A DNA stretch of 64,000 bases from Lama guanicoe (taxonomy: Eukaryota), in contig MU054212.1 in the NCBI GenBank assembly GCA_013239625.1, forward strand, positions 2,914,001-2,978,000, given 5' to 3'. The position numbers and the translations under genes were made by a program. Numbering within the stretch: the stretch's first letter is position 1; each line of letters starts with the position of its first letter. Below, piece after piece: positions 24,260 through 37,136 of the stretch. The notes under the pieces were generated by a model, which saw only the letters and a program-made list of their open reading frames with translations, was not told the origin of the DNA and searched no databases.

Positions 24260-24735
24260 TGTGTCCACTTAGCTGGGCTGGGGTGCTCTGCTGTGTGGTC
24301 AAGTACCAGTGTATATGTTGTTGTGAAGGATTTTTTAGCCGTGATTAACATTTAAATCAGTGAACTTTCAAGGGGTAAAATATAGCTCAGTGCTTGAGTG
24401 CATGCCTAGCATGCACAAGGTCCTGGGTTCAATCCCCAGTACCTCCATTAAAACAAAAAATAAGTAAACCTTCCCCTGCAAAAATAAACATAATAAACCA
24501 ATCAATCAGTGAACTTTCAGTAAAGCAGAATTTCCTCTCCATAACATGGGTGGGTCTTAACCAATTAGTTCCTTAAGAAAAAAGACTGGATGAAGGAATT
24601 CTGCCTCCAAACCACCTTTGGACTCAAGACTGCAATCCCTGTTGGAATTTCCAGTCTGCCCACTAGCCTGTCTTCTTAGAAACTCTTTCCCTCTCTATCT
24701 CTCCATCAGTGTCTCTGGCAAAGCCTGACTCACAC
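24260..24735 (+). mobile_element. MLT2-type ERVL LTR containing a nested SINE
   Basis: gattaacatttaaatcagt...gtaaagcaga...ctccataac...ggaattctgcctcca...ctgactcaca. Confidence 0.75.
24371..24503 (+). mobile_element. tRNA-derived SINE (Vic-1-like) with 16-bp TSD
   Basis: Perfect TSD aatcagtgaactttca at 24355-24370 and 24504-24519. Confidence 0.9.
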
Positions 24736-24904
24736 AGTCCTACATGTAACTATGTTTAGACATAACCTTGAAGGTCCAAGTTTGAGGTCCTTCATGATGT
24801 CAGGCCTGGCACAGGGTCTCCCCCACTCCCTTCCCCATCCCCACGATGGGCCCTGAGCATCTGTACATTTCTCATTTCCAGCTTCAGTTCAGCCGTCCGT
24901 TTCA

Positions 24905-25270
24905 TTAGGATTCCACATTCTTCTCTGGTGGGGCAGAAGCGGCTAGTGATCTGCCAATAACTTTTCTCCATTCTTTAGTGGAAACAGAATCCTCACCTTT
25001 TAGGTGAACACTTGGCCATCTGGAATAACTACTATGTTTCCAAGTGTCCCTTGCGGGTACATGTTGCCGTGTCACTACATTCTGGCCAGTGGGGTGTAAG
25101 AGGAAGTGGTCTGTGTAGCTTGCGGGCGCTGTTCTTCCTTCCTCCTTGTTGGCAGAATGCAGATGTGATGGCCAGGTCTCCACAGGGTGACTGGGATGGA
25201 CACCCATGCACAGAGGAGCAATCACACAGAAGCAGCCTGGGTGTTCAGCACTGTGGCTCCATCACCTATC
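24905..25270 (+). mobile_element. MLT1-type MaLR LTR fragment
   Basis: ccatgtgactaca-like core (gtgtcactacattctggccagtgggg), gaatgcagatgtgatggc. Confidence 0.6.
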
Positions 25271-25347
25271 TTGAGCTCAACACCAGTAGATCTCTTGAGC
25301 TGCCATCTGCTTTTAACTAGACCCTCTGAGTTCCAAGCTTTATGTTT

Positions 25348-25717
25348 TTTTTAATTGAGTTATAGCCAGTTTACAATGTTGTGTCAATTTCCAGTGTAGA
25401 GCACAATTTTTCAGTCATACATTAATATACATATATTCATTTTCACATTCTTTTTCACCGTGAGCTACCACAAGATCTTGTATATATTTCCCTGTGCTCT
25501 ACAGTATAAACTTGTTTATCTATTCTGTATATACCTGTCAGTGTCTACAAATTTCGAACTCACAGTCTGTCCCCACCCCTCTCCCCCAAGCAACCACAGG
25601 TTTGTATTCTATGTCTATGAGTCTGTTTCTGTTTTATATCTAAGTTCATTTGTCTTCTTTTTAAAATTTTTTTTAATTCCACACATGAATGATATCATAT
25701 GGTATTTTTCTTTCTCA
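25348..25717 (-). mobile_element. Lineage-specific L1 3' end
   Basis: Reverse of the same 3' UTR seen at 36750-37130; TSD ccaa(gc/tg)tttatgttt at 25333-25347 and 25718-25732. Confidence 0.9.
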
Positions 25718-25829
25718 CCAATGTTTATGTTTAAGAAGAGATGCCCTTCACATTAAAAATGCAATGTAACCTAGTCCTAATTGTTGTAGCTGGTAAGGAA
25801 TTTCTAGCAGCTGAGTTTCGTGATTAAAC

Positions 25830-26100
25830 AGCTCATGCTTTGAATTCAGATCTCCATTTGGATTCTACTACGTCCCTAAGAGTTGAGTGACCTTGCCACC
25901 TTGACCAAGTTTCTTTACCTTCTTAAGCATCGGGTTCTTCTTCTACAAAATGGAGACAATAATCGATATCCAACTGACTAGGCTGTTGTGAAGATTAAAA
26001 TAAATCAAATCAAAGTGCCCAGGAATAGTTTAATAAATAGGAAGGGTGTAATAAATGACATTGGCCAGTGCTGTTGCTTTTACTATTGTTATTATTCTCC
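25830..26100 (+). mobile_element. MIR SINE
   Basis: ccttgaccaagtt...acaaaatggagacaataat...gttgtgaagattaaa. Confidence 0.7.
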
Positions 26101-26959
26101 ATAATGGTTGTTTCAAACATTCTTCTCTCTTCAAGCTTTGAGCTCCATCTCTGTCACCCTCAGTCTCAGGAAGCAGAGCCCCAGCTGGGAGAGATGGGGA
26201 TCTAGAGGGAGGGGCAGACTGGCGCAGGTTGTTGGAGCCCAAGCAGGGCTGATGGGAGGCAATTCCAGAGAAGGGAAGCCTGAGATGGAAGTTCGAGCCC
26301 GGAGCTAGGGCAGGAGGGCAGCCCTCCAAAGGAGCGCTCCGGCGTAGGTTGTCAGAACCTGAGCAAGGTGAAAAGGATGCCCATGTGGGAAGGATGGAGC
26401 ACCTTGAAGTGCTGGAAACCGAGAGGAGGACACCCATGCGGGTTGGGCAGTAATGGTGATGGAATATTGATTACATATAGGGAACTGGTCACGTAAGTAA
26501 ATACATTAAGGATAATGGGAGTTGATTCTCACCATCAGAGAAGGGAGTTGACAAATATGAGAGGGGAATATGGTGCAGTTTTCTTTTCTGTGATGTCTTT
26601 GCCTAGGTTTGGTATCAGAGTAATCCTGGTTTCATAGAATGAGCTGGGAGATGCTCTCTCTTATTTTTTGGAAGTGTTTGTGAAGCACTGGTATTTATTT
26701 ATGCTTAGGTAAAACTAGCAAATGGTACAAAATAATATCAAAGATACCAAAATGTTGTTAGTATCAGATAAGTCTCTTCAGGTTCTCATTTCACAATTCC
26801 TCTTCCCAGAGGTGACGATCTTTATCGCTTCTTCCCTAGGCTTTATTAACTTATCAGCCACATAACAGAACTCATGAACTTCCCCCGGAGAATTGCTCCT
26901 CCTCCTGGCTTAATAACATCGCAATTCAAACCTTAAATTCTCCTTTCCACATCCATATC

Positions 26960-27435
26960 GGTTCATATTAGGGTCAGCTGAGAAAACAGCTACCCTAAAT
27001 AATAGAAGCCTAAATGTGGGTTTATTTCTCTTTCATTTCAAAGTCAGGAAGTCGGCAGGCAGTCCAGGGCTGATGTGGTGGCCTCATTCTACTAACTCTT
27101 TCGGTACTCACATTCCTTCCAGCTCTGCCGTCCCCAGGTGCAGCCTTTATCCCTTATCCAAAATGGATGTTTGCATTCCAGGCAACAGGATAAGAGGAAG
27201 AAAAAGAAGTAGGCAAAGGGCAAGCCTCAAGGGTCTTTTAGTGAAGGTTCTAGGACACAGGTGCGTGACACACCTGCTTGCATCTCATTGGCCAGGACGT
27301 AGTCACATGGTCTCCTTTAGCTGCAAGGGAAGCTGGGAAATGTGGTCTTTATTCTGAGTTAACAGGGACTCAGGAAAATTAGGAGGCTTTTTATTGTGGG
27401 AAAAGAGGAGACATAACAAGTAGTTCCTACCACAC
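26960..27435 (-). mobile_element. MLT1-type MaLR LTR
   Basis: catctcattggccaggacgtagtcacatgg...ctgcaagggaagctgggaaatgtggtc. Confidence 0.7.
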
Positions 27436-27729
27436 ATTCAATCTGTCAGTTCTGTCCCCAAGAGTTTTCCAAATTTGTCCCATTTTCTTCTCTATTCCTC
27501 CATCCCTTGTACAAACCCTAATCAATTCTCACCTAAATTAGTAACTTCTTAACTGGTCTTTCTTTCCTCTAGGAAATTGTGCATTATATATTTTTTTCTA
27601 AAATGCAGAAGTAATCACATCAGTTGCATGATAACTTTCCAGTTGCCTTAAGAATAGAAATTCCAAACTTCTAGATGTGTCTGACTTGTAAATGAAGTTC
27701 CTTCCTGCTCTAGCTCCAGCTGACACCTT

Positions 27730-27865
27730 CATCTTCCGTTCACCTCACTTTCTGCTTGAACTTTATGCACAAGACACACCTAATTCTGGCTTTCTTCTGA
27801 ATCTACCACCATCTTCCATTCACCTCACTCTCTGCTTGAACTTTATGCACAAGACACACATAATT
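27730..27865. repeat. Direct repeat of 56 bp at 80-bp spacing
   Basis: 27730-27785 versus 27810-27865, 3 mismatches. Confidence 0.9.
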
Positions 27866-27899
27866 GATTTAAAATGTTGTATTAGTTTCTGGTGTACAG

Positions 27900-28325
27900 C
27901 ATGGATGGACTTGGAGGGTGTGATGCTAAGTGAAATAAGTCAGACAGAGAAAGCTAAATACTATAAGATATCACTTACATGTAGAATCTGCAAGAATCAC
28001 AACAAACTAGTGAATATAACAAAAAAGAAACAACTCACAGATGTAGAGAAGGAACTAGTGGTTACCAGTGGGGAGGGAGAGGAGGAGGGGCAGGATGGAG
28101 GGGGAGGCTTAAGAGGTACAAACTATCAGGTATAAAATAAGCTACAAGGATGTATGTACACCATGGAGAATACAGCCGCCGATAGTTTATAATACCTGCA
28201 AATGGAATATAACCTTTAGAAATTGTGAATCACTATGTTGTATACATATAATCCTGTACATCAACTATACTTCAATTTAAAAAATATGATACTGTAAAAT
28301 AAATACATAAATAAATAAAGTTTAA
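27900..28325 (+). mobile_element. L1 3' end preceded by a short inverted L1 terminus (27860-27901)
   Basis: catggatggacttggagggtgtgatgctaagtgaaataagtcagacagagaaag...; A-rich tail. Confidence 0.85.
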
Positions 28326-30027
28326 AAACATCTATCTGAAATAACTGTGTTGCCAATACTCTCTGAAAGTTTCAAATCCTTGAAGTTCCTCAGTTGTTCA
28401 GTTTAATTGTCAGTCACATTCACCAGTCACTACCTTTGCAAACAGGCTAAAAATGTACCCATTTGCTTTTAATGTCCTACTGTGAGCTTCCTTAGAACTG
28501 ATTAAAAGTCACCCGGCTTGATTTCTCGTCTTCTTTGCCTCACTAATTTTCTATTTCTAAGTGAGAGTAGAGATGGCTGAGAAAATTGTTCTAACCACAG
28601 GTTTACTGGCAACTGGGTAGGATTTTGTGACCTGTGGCTTCCAATTCTTTAGATTTCACCCCATTCACTCAGAGCTTCATTTATTATGTGCCAGTTGGAC
28701 ATGGTTCAATTGTTAGTCCTTAGTGCGAAATGATAACTAACGTTGGGACAGAACGGACCTGAAGAAAGGCACGAAAATGAGCCTTGGAGCACTGCAGCAT
28801 TCCGGGGAGGAGCCTGGGAGAAGATACCAGCCCACACTCTGGAAGGACTCTCGTGCGCATCCTCCATCCTCTGTGCTACCAGCCTAGCCCACCGCCCTCT
28901 TCATTACCCTTGGTTGTATTGTATGGGTCAGTCCCCAACGTCTGAATGTATAATTAATCACGTCCTACGTCTTATTATGCACAGAGATGCCTCATCGACT
29001 TATTTGAAAGAAGGAAATCTAGTGGCAAGAAGTGTGCTGTATGCCTCTTGTAAGATCTGATATCCTCAGAAAGCACCCCTGTCACAAGCCAGCTGTTTCT
29101 GGTGTCAAAGTTAACAATCATTTACATAATAATACAACAATAGCATTTAATGCCTTTCATCAAACCAGACTGTAAACACTAATTAGTTATACTTCATTGT
29201 ATTCTGCTGGGGCGTAGTAAATTATGATGCTTGTTTTACAGACCCTGAAACACAGAGGAGAGAGGAGTGACTTGCCCAAGGCTGCAGAAGGTGATGTCAA
29301 AATTGCGGTGACGACGCTTGTGCCCTGTCCACTGGACCTCTCTGGATCCATAGGATAAAACTTTAAGGATAATGCAACTCTAGGATAATGCAATGAAAAA
29401 GTCCTGCCATGGCAGCCATTGCATTTTCTCTGATTCATTTAAATAAAAATTTCTCAGCATTAAATATTTAAGAAGAAAAAATTTCATGAAAAGAGTAAAT
29501 ATCTCAAGTGCCTGGCACTAGTGCATCATGACCTAATTCTTTCTAAAGGGCTGTGATTTTTCAATGAATTCAGCTCCCACCTCCCTGGTGCAGTACACGG
29601 TCACGCTGGGCAAATTAAGCCAAGTACATTGAGGCAAGAGGTTTCTTGCTTAAGCATGAAGTTCAGCCCTCAGGTTACTGGGGCCATATTTCCAGGTGAT
29701 GGACCACCATGTCTAAAAGTGGGATCTCACCAAGAGTTGAAGGGACAAGGATGCCTTGCTGTACATAAAATTCTTTGCTCTTTAAAATTCTTTTTTTTAA
29801 TTAAAAAATTTTTTTTGCTCTTTAAAATTCTGAATACAATTTACTTTCTAAATCATTGACTAATATTCCTCCCGTTAAGATTATTTCTCAGAACGGTATG
29901 GAAGCCTGGCTTTTGAGCTCTAAATGGGTTAGTTTGGATTGACTCCAATGCTTAAACTGTTAACATGCCTGCCAATCTGATCACCAACAGGATTTTGTTT
30001 TCTCAGTGGTTGAAACTACAACCTTCA

Positions 30028-30097
30028 AATTCTAGAAAAACCCTTGGAAATTCTGCAAGCAGAATTCTAGAAAAACCCTTGGAAATTCTGCAAGCAG
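30028..30097. repeat. Perfect 35-bp tandem duplication
   Basis: aattctagaaaaacccttggaaattctgcaagcag x2. Confidence 0.95.
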
Positions 30098-30567
30098 AAA
30101 CCCATTTGTGTTTCATTTGGGATAGTGCACTTAAACCCCAAAGGCTCCGATGATATAAACTTCTAAAATGGTATTGCTAAAATTGAGCTAAATTTCCTTC
30201 CTAAAATATATAAAATGTTTCAACTTGCTGATTTTGGTCTGTAATCTGCAAAATGGGAAATCTTTGCACTAGGCCCACCTTGTATTTTATCTGCTAAACA
30301 ATTAACAACTCAGTAAAAAGGGCTTCTTTAAACATTTTATTTTGAGAAGTGAAGAGAAGGAGGTGTGTGTGGTGTGGTGTGGTGCCTGTCCGTATTCACC
30401 TTGCAACCCTGTGTGTAACCGGATGCAAATCCCCGTCCTGGGTGAGTGTCAGGGAAGGGAGGGTGAAGCAGATCAAAGATGACCAGGTGTTCTCTAGCAT
30501 TCCTCCAGGGAGAGGCGGGGTCTGTATTCCCTCCTTTTGAATCTGACCTGAGCCTCTGACCTCTTTT

Positions 30568-30797
30568 TTTTTTTTTTAACATTTTTTATTGATTTATAAT
30601 CATTTTACAATGTTGTGTCAAATTCCAGTGTTCAGCACAATTTTTCAGTCATTCATGGACATATATACACTCATCACATTTTTTTCTCTGTGATTTATCA
30701 TAACATTTTGTGTATATTTTCCTGTGCTATACAGTGTAATCTTGTTTATCTATTCTACAATGGAATACTACTCAGCCATAAAAACTGACAACATAAT
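30568..30797 (-). mobile_element. Short L1 insertion with 5' inversion (twin-priming structure)
   Basis: Poly-T plus reverse L1 3' end to about 30756, then a forward L1 piece tacaatggaatactactcagccata...; perfect 16-bp TSD at 30552-30567 and 30798-30813. Confidence 0.9.
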
Positions 30798-31259
30798 GCC
30801 TCTGACCTCTTTTGACCAAAAGTACACTGCTGTAGAAATTGCAGGGCTTCTGAAGCTGGATCAGGAAGCCTTGCTGTTTCCACCTGGGTTTCTTGACTTT
30901 TTTGTTCTTGAGAAGCTCCCTTTCAGAACTCAGCTGCATGCCCCGAGGAGCTGGCCCTGGTGGAGCTTCCGGCCATGGGAGGAAACCATCCTGGATGTCC
31001 CAGCTCCACGGACTCTCAGCCCCCCAGCACCTCAGCCCACACCTCTCAGAGCAGAATAACCACCCACTCAACCCACAGAATCCTGAGCAGTAACAAACTA
31101 TACCTCAATTAAAAAAACAAAAAGACAGACAATGAATGTTCACTAATCCCTTCCCCTATCTTTGCTGGCGCTGGACTCCCAGTCTGGAACTCCCTCCAGC
31201 CTTTACGCCCACACAAATCTTACCCACCCTTTATGGTTCCATCTCTAAAGAAGACCTTC

Positions 31260-31940
31260 CCCATTTATTGAGTTTTCAGAGCTCTTTATATATTCTGGAT
31301 ACAAGTCCATTGTCAGACATATGCTTCACAAGTATGATCATACAGTCTGTAGGTAGTTTTAAAAATCTCAACTTTGATTAGATTAGAACTTTAAAACTTT
31401 TTCAAGTTAAATTGATCAATTTTTTTTAAACAGATAGAGCTTTTGGTCCTGTATTGAAGAAATCTGCCTAATCCAACATCACAATGATTTTCTCCTAATT
31501 TCTTTTAGACATTTTATAGTTTTGGATTTGCTATGTAGAGTCCATTTTGAGTTACTTTTTATATATAGTGTGAGAAATGGTTCAAATTTTTTTTTTGGCA
31601 TATGAATGTACAAATTTGTTGAAGACTGTCTTTTATCCACTGAATTGCCTTTGTATCTTTGTCGACAATCAGTTGTACATGCCTGGGTCTGACTGGGCTC
31701 TCTGACAAGAAATCTCTGTCATCCTTCTCTTTCATTTTTCTGTAGTTAGCACTTTTTCCCCCCTCTGATTGCTTCTAAGATTTTTAAATCAATTTTGAGC
31801 AGCTTGATTAGGACATGTCTTGATTTAGTTTTGTTCATGTTTCTTGTATTTGGGGTTCATTGACTTTTTTTGGATCTGTAGGCTCATAGTTTTTAAGAAG
31901 TTTGGAAAGTTTGGGGCCATTATTTCTTCAAATAAAACCT
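31260..31940 (-). mobile_element. Old L1 fragments
   Basis: tctttatatattctggatacaagtcc, ccattttgagtt, tccactgaattgcctttg, ccattatttcttcaaata. Confidence 0.75.
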
Positions 31941-32989
31941 CCTCCCTGCACTGCAGTCTAGAAACTCTCCAGGAAGAATCACAGCATAAGGTTCCCGTCT
32001 CTCAGGGGTCACGGTCCTTCATTGTCTGGTGGCCAGTGTCTTAAAAACCAGCACGTTTGATTTTTGCTATTGTTTAAAATGGAAATCTGGTCCCTGTTAG
32101 TCCGTCTCAGCTGGAAGCAGAATTCCTCGCTCATTTGATTCTTGATTGCATGGTGTCCTCTATCACTTTTTAACATTCTTACGATCATGTCTTGGCCTGC
32201 CAATGGGATTATAACCCTTGCGATCAGAAGCCATATCCAATACTTCTTTCCACCAACCATAATGCCTGGGCTGGTGCCCCGCACACACTGGGAGTGCAAG
32301 AGATAGCTGAGCTCACTGGCATATTTTTGGTTCCTCGGACTCAGCATACTGAAGATTGACTCATGATGGAAAAAAAAAATCAATGGATCTGAAATCTCTT
32401 ATTCAACTTGATATTTTTAGTGTGTGAAAAACAGCCTGAAACTAAAGTAGTTTTGTTCCTATCTTGTTTTCAAAGAAGTGACACTCTATTTCCTTTAAAA
32501 ATTAACAGCCACGTACATTATAGCACAGAGCTGTGGAAGAAATGCTTGGGCCCAAACCACCCAGACGGTGAAGTAAAATGAACAGCCTGTCACCGCTCAT
32601 CTGGATTTCCAGTCTGTCATTTCTATTTCTCTCTCAGCTCTTTTCAAAGAAGGATGGAACGCTATTTGGTACCCTGTCTTTCCCTGACAAGGGCCTGAAA
32701 GGAGTAACAGAGAATAAAATTTTTGGTTTCTTTCTGGAGATTCAAAATAACTCAGTTTTTTGTTATAATGCTAAAGGAAGGTATCCCCTGAGATATAAAG
32801 AGACTCTGGTCTAAGACTTTCCAAGGATGAACTGTTTGAATTTTATAGCTATAGATTCATGGCTTTAATATAACATTTGCAAGGCAGGCAGGAATTTTTG
32901 TCCCACTTTCAACAAAGAGAGAAGAGGCGCTTTCATGTGACCAGACTGCTGACAGAATGTGCTAATGCCATAGTTTTATCCAACAGTTA

Positions 32990-33430
32990 TCAAGTGTGTC
33001 TCTACCTCAGGACCTTTGCACTTACTGTTCCCTCTGGATTATTCTCCCGGATATCTACAAGTAGGCTCACTTCTTCACTTCATTCAAGCCTATGTTCAAA
33101 GGCCACATTCTCAGCGAGGCCGTCCCTGACAACTGTATCAAAAAGAGTATTTCAGCCCCCTACTCCTACTCCAAGTGACTTTTTTTACTTCCCCTGCTTT
33201 ATTTTCTTCGTTACCTTTATCACTCACCATCTGACAGTCCAAAAAAGTACAAACACACATACATGTTTATCCAACACATAGGCATTTATTTATTGCCTGT
33301 CCCCTGCCTGGCTAGACTGTCTACTCCACGAGAATAGAAATTTTTTCTGCTGAAGTCTCAGCTCCTACAACAGGGTTCAGTGCACAGTGTGCATTCAGTA
33401 AACATCTGCTGAATGAATGAACAAATACTG
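32990..33430. mobile_element. L2 3' fragments
   Basis: cctcaggacctttgcacttactgttccctctg...; ends ctgaatgaatgaa. Confidence 0.7.
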
Positions 33431-35668
33431 GCTGATTTCCTGCTCTGTGCAAAAGCACTGAAGGGACTCCTGGATGAACTGCCCCAATCCTTGCTTTCGG
33501 GGACATCATCTTCTAGGAGGAAGACAAGCCCGGGAATCCAGGGCTTTGCTACCAAGCAGAATGGATTAAATAACGTACTTTGGAAGCACAAAGGAGGCAG
33601 AGTGGCTACTGAGATGACTCTTAACCCCAGAAGTCTGACGCTGGGGGCTACATCCTGAAGGCACAGAGGGACCTCGGAGTCCCCGGCGTGGCATGCCGGT
33701 TTTGCTGGGTGGGTTTGTGATGAGGTAGCAGGAGACAGGCAAGAATGGAGGTTCGGGGGCCTGATCACAGAAAGCCAGCAACTGTTTTTGAATTTTATCT
33801 TTAAGGAGTTAAGTTGGATAGTATTTTAAAACTGTCTTTAGCTAGTCCATCCTCTGTGCAGGAAAGCTGGGTGTTCATCAGCATATCATTGAACGTGGAC
33901 TCATTAACGTAGTGACTCTGATTCTCTTGATCCCCTAAACATATGTATGGACACCTTTCCTCTGAGCAGTGATACACCGTGCAAGTGCGGCACCACTGCG
34001 AGCATAATTAAGGGCTTTCACTGACTTTTTAAAAAACAATAAATTTACCTTACAAGGCCTCTGCATTTATGTTTTCATATAAAAATGAACCCAGTATTTT
34101 CTCAAGGAAGCCTCTGGATCTGATGGTTACATGTGCCAAATGAATTCCACGCCATCAAAGTAAGAAGGACAGAACAGAGAAGGGGGACAGAAATTGTAAT
34201 ATTGTTCCCACCTGAGCAGGGGAACATTGTGGGCTGATGGAAAACTGATAGACAATCAAAGCTTTGTAAACAGCTTCCTACCCCTTCCCACCCCACCCGG
34301 CTCACACCAGGCCCACCACTTCATGGACGAGAACCTAAGTTCCAGCCAGATGGGATGGCGGGGTGGTGGCTCCCGGCTGCCCAGTGGCTGAACCAAACCT
34401 GAGTCGGGTCCGAACTCTTTCTACCCGTCTCCTCTCTGTGACAAAAGTGGCTTATGTCAGGGCTGCTGGAAACCGCAGCATCGATGGGGTCAGTTTTCTA
34501 GTCTTGTCCGTTTTACTCAGAGTTTTGGGGAGGAGACTGTTAGTGGAGGAGGAGAGAGAAGCATTAAATGATTTAAGAAACAAGAAGCATTGAGCATTTT
34601 CACATTCTGTTTGAATGGAGTGCAAAATCTACTTGAGTTTTAAAGCTGGAACAGGAAATGTCAAGGAACTGTCTGCTTTGGGTGAGCTTTTCCAGGCATG
34701 GTACCCTGTTCTCTTAAAGTACTGGTCACTTATAAGCTTGAGATATGGTATCCTGCCCACTGTGACTGGAACTGAACCCTCATCTACCTGTTTTTGAATG
34801 AGGGTGTTTCTGTTGGATGGAAACAAAAGGAAATTCCAAGGATGGCACCTGGACGCCGAGGAAACATGACAGCACTAGCCCATGGCGGCAGAAAGTGGAA
34901 TCATCGGTGCTTTCCATTGTCATGGAAGACAGTAATTAAAACATTTTCCTCCTTTTTCCCCTTCTTTTCCTAGTTGAACCTCAGGTGCTGAGTTGGAGTT
35001 AATCATTCTCCTCAGTTCTTGGCTCGTCTTCTTGAGTCTGTGCCAGGCCCTCTCTCGATGGAGTGATCAATATATTTGATCGAGTACCTTTTCTCCCCAT
35101 CTCCTCCTCCATCACTCCTCCCACCACAGACCACCTTCCTCGGGGGTTTTAAGATGTGTTTCTTCGTTGTGTGCATTCTTGCCAGATGTGGATTGTCGTT
35201 TTATATGCCTGTTTTGTTTTTTTCACTCTATACCATTCCTTCAAGGCCCATCCATTAGATTACGTCTACATCTAATCCATTACTTCTAGAGCAACCTGGA
35301 ACTCCACTACGATTTACTAACCCAGTCTCATCAGCGATGACACAGAGATGGCCTGGCCGGAGCTCTATCTAGTCCAATAGGCTTTTACTTAGAAATTCAA
35401 TTCTTTGTATTTCGCCCATGTGGGGAATAAGCAAAACTTGTCCTGTTATTGTCAGACAGCTGCGTGTTCCCTGCCGGAGCCTGACTTGGTGCAGTGAGGA
35501 CGGGGAAGAGGGTGGGGGGTGCCGAGTTTGTCTTTCTCTGCTCACTTAGCACCTCTGAGCAGTCGACTCGAGCATTTTCAACAAACTGGCCATTCCAAGA
35601 TAATCTGTCAAGGTCACGTCTCCAGACTGAGTCCATTCAAAAACACTGCTCAAGAAATAGATTATGTC

Positions 35669-37136
35669 CTTATGGATCAATGAAACAGAATACAGAGCCC
35701 AGGAATAAACCCACAAACTTTTGCTCAATTAATCTTCGACAAAGGAGGCAAGAACATACAATGGAGTAAAGACAGGCTCTTCAGCAAGTGGTGTTGGGAA
35801 AGCTGGACAGCTGCATGTAAATCAATGAGGCTAGAACACTCCCTTACACCATACACAAAAATAAACTCAAAATGGCTTAAAGACTTAAACATAAGAGAAG
35901 ATACTATACACCTCTTAGAAGAAAACATAGGCAAAACATTATCTGACATACATCTCAGCTAGGGCAATCTACGCAGGCAATAGAAATAAAGCAAAAATAA
36001 ACAAATGGGACCTAATTAAATTTGTAAGTTTTTGCACGGCAAAGGAAACCATAAGCAAAACAAAGAGACAACCTACAGAATGGGAGAAAATATTTGCAAA
36101 AGATGAGACTGACAAGGGCTTAATTTCCAGAATATATAAACATACAACTTAATATCAGAAAAACAAGCAACCCAATCCAAAAACGGGCAGAAGACCTAAA
36201 CAAGCCGTTCTCCAATGAAGACATACAAATGGCCATTAGGCACATGAAAAAATGCTCAATATCGCTAATTATCAGAGAAATGCAAGTCAAAACTACAAAG
36301 AGGTAACACCTCACACCAGTCAGAATGGCCATCATTCGAAAGTCCACAAGCAGTAAATGCTGGAGAGGCTGTGGAGAAAGGGGAACCCTCCTACACTGTT
36401 GGTGGGAATGCAGTTTGGTGCAGCCATTGTGGAAAACAGTTTGGAGATTCCTCAAAAGACTAAAAATAAATTTACCATATGATCCAGCACTCCCACTTCT
36501 GGGCATATATCCAGAGGGAACCTTAATTCAAAAAGACATCAGCACCCCAATGTTCACAGCAGCACTATTTACAATAGCCAAGACATGGAAACAGCCTAAA
36601 TGTCCATCAACAGACGACTGGATAAAGAAGATGTGGTATATTTATACAATGGAATACTACTCAGCCACAAAAAGAATAAAATAATATCATTTGCAGCAAC
36701 ATGGATGGACCTGGAGGTGGTCATTCTAAGTGAAGTAAGCCACAAAGAGAAAGAAAAATACCATATGATATCATTTATATGTGGAATCTTAAAAAAAAAA
36801 AAGACAAACAAACTTATTTACAAAACAGAAAGAGACTCACAGACATAGAGAACAGACTTACGGTTACCAAGGTGGGGAAGTGGGTGGGAAGGGATAAATT
36901 GGGAGTTTGAGATTTGCAGATATACTAACTAATATATATAAAATAGATAAAGAACAAGCTCATACTGTATAACACAGGGAACTATATTCAATATCTTGTA
37001 GCGACCTATAATGAAAAAGAATATGAAAACAAATGTATGTATGTTCATGTATGACTGAAGCACTGTGCTGTGCACCAGAAATTGACACAATGTTGTAAAC
37101 TGACTATACTTCAAAAAAAATTTATATATATATAAA
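35669..37136 (+). mobile_element. 5'-truncated L1 (ORF2 C-terminus plus 3' UTR), frameshifted
   Basis: ORF 36325-36684 holds the L1 ORF2 Cys-rich motif [18 protein letters not shown]; perfect 17-bp TSD aagaaatagattatgtc at 35652-35668 and 37137-37153. Confidence 0.95.

Noticed and set aside
27730..30099. Direct repeats as a CRISPR-like array
   Set aside because: Only two copies each, no repeat-spacer periodicity, and a mammalian context.
36120..36848. ORFs of 71-128 aa as host genes
   Set aside because: Sense and antisense frames of a truncated, frameshifted L1 ORF2.
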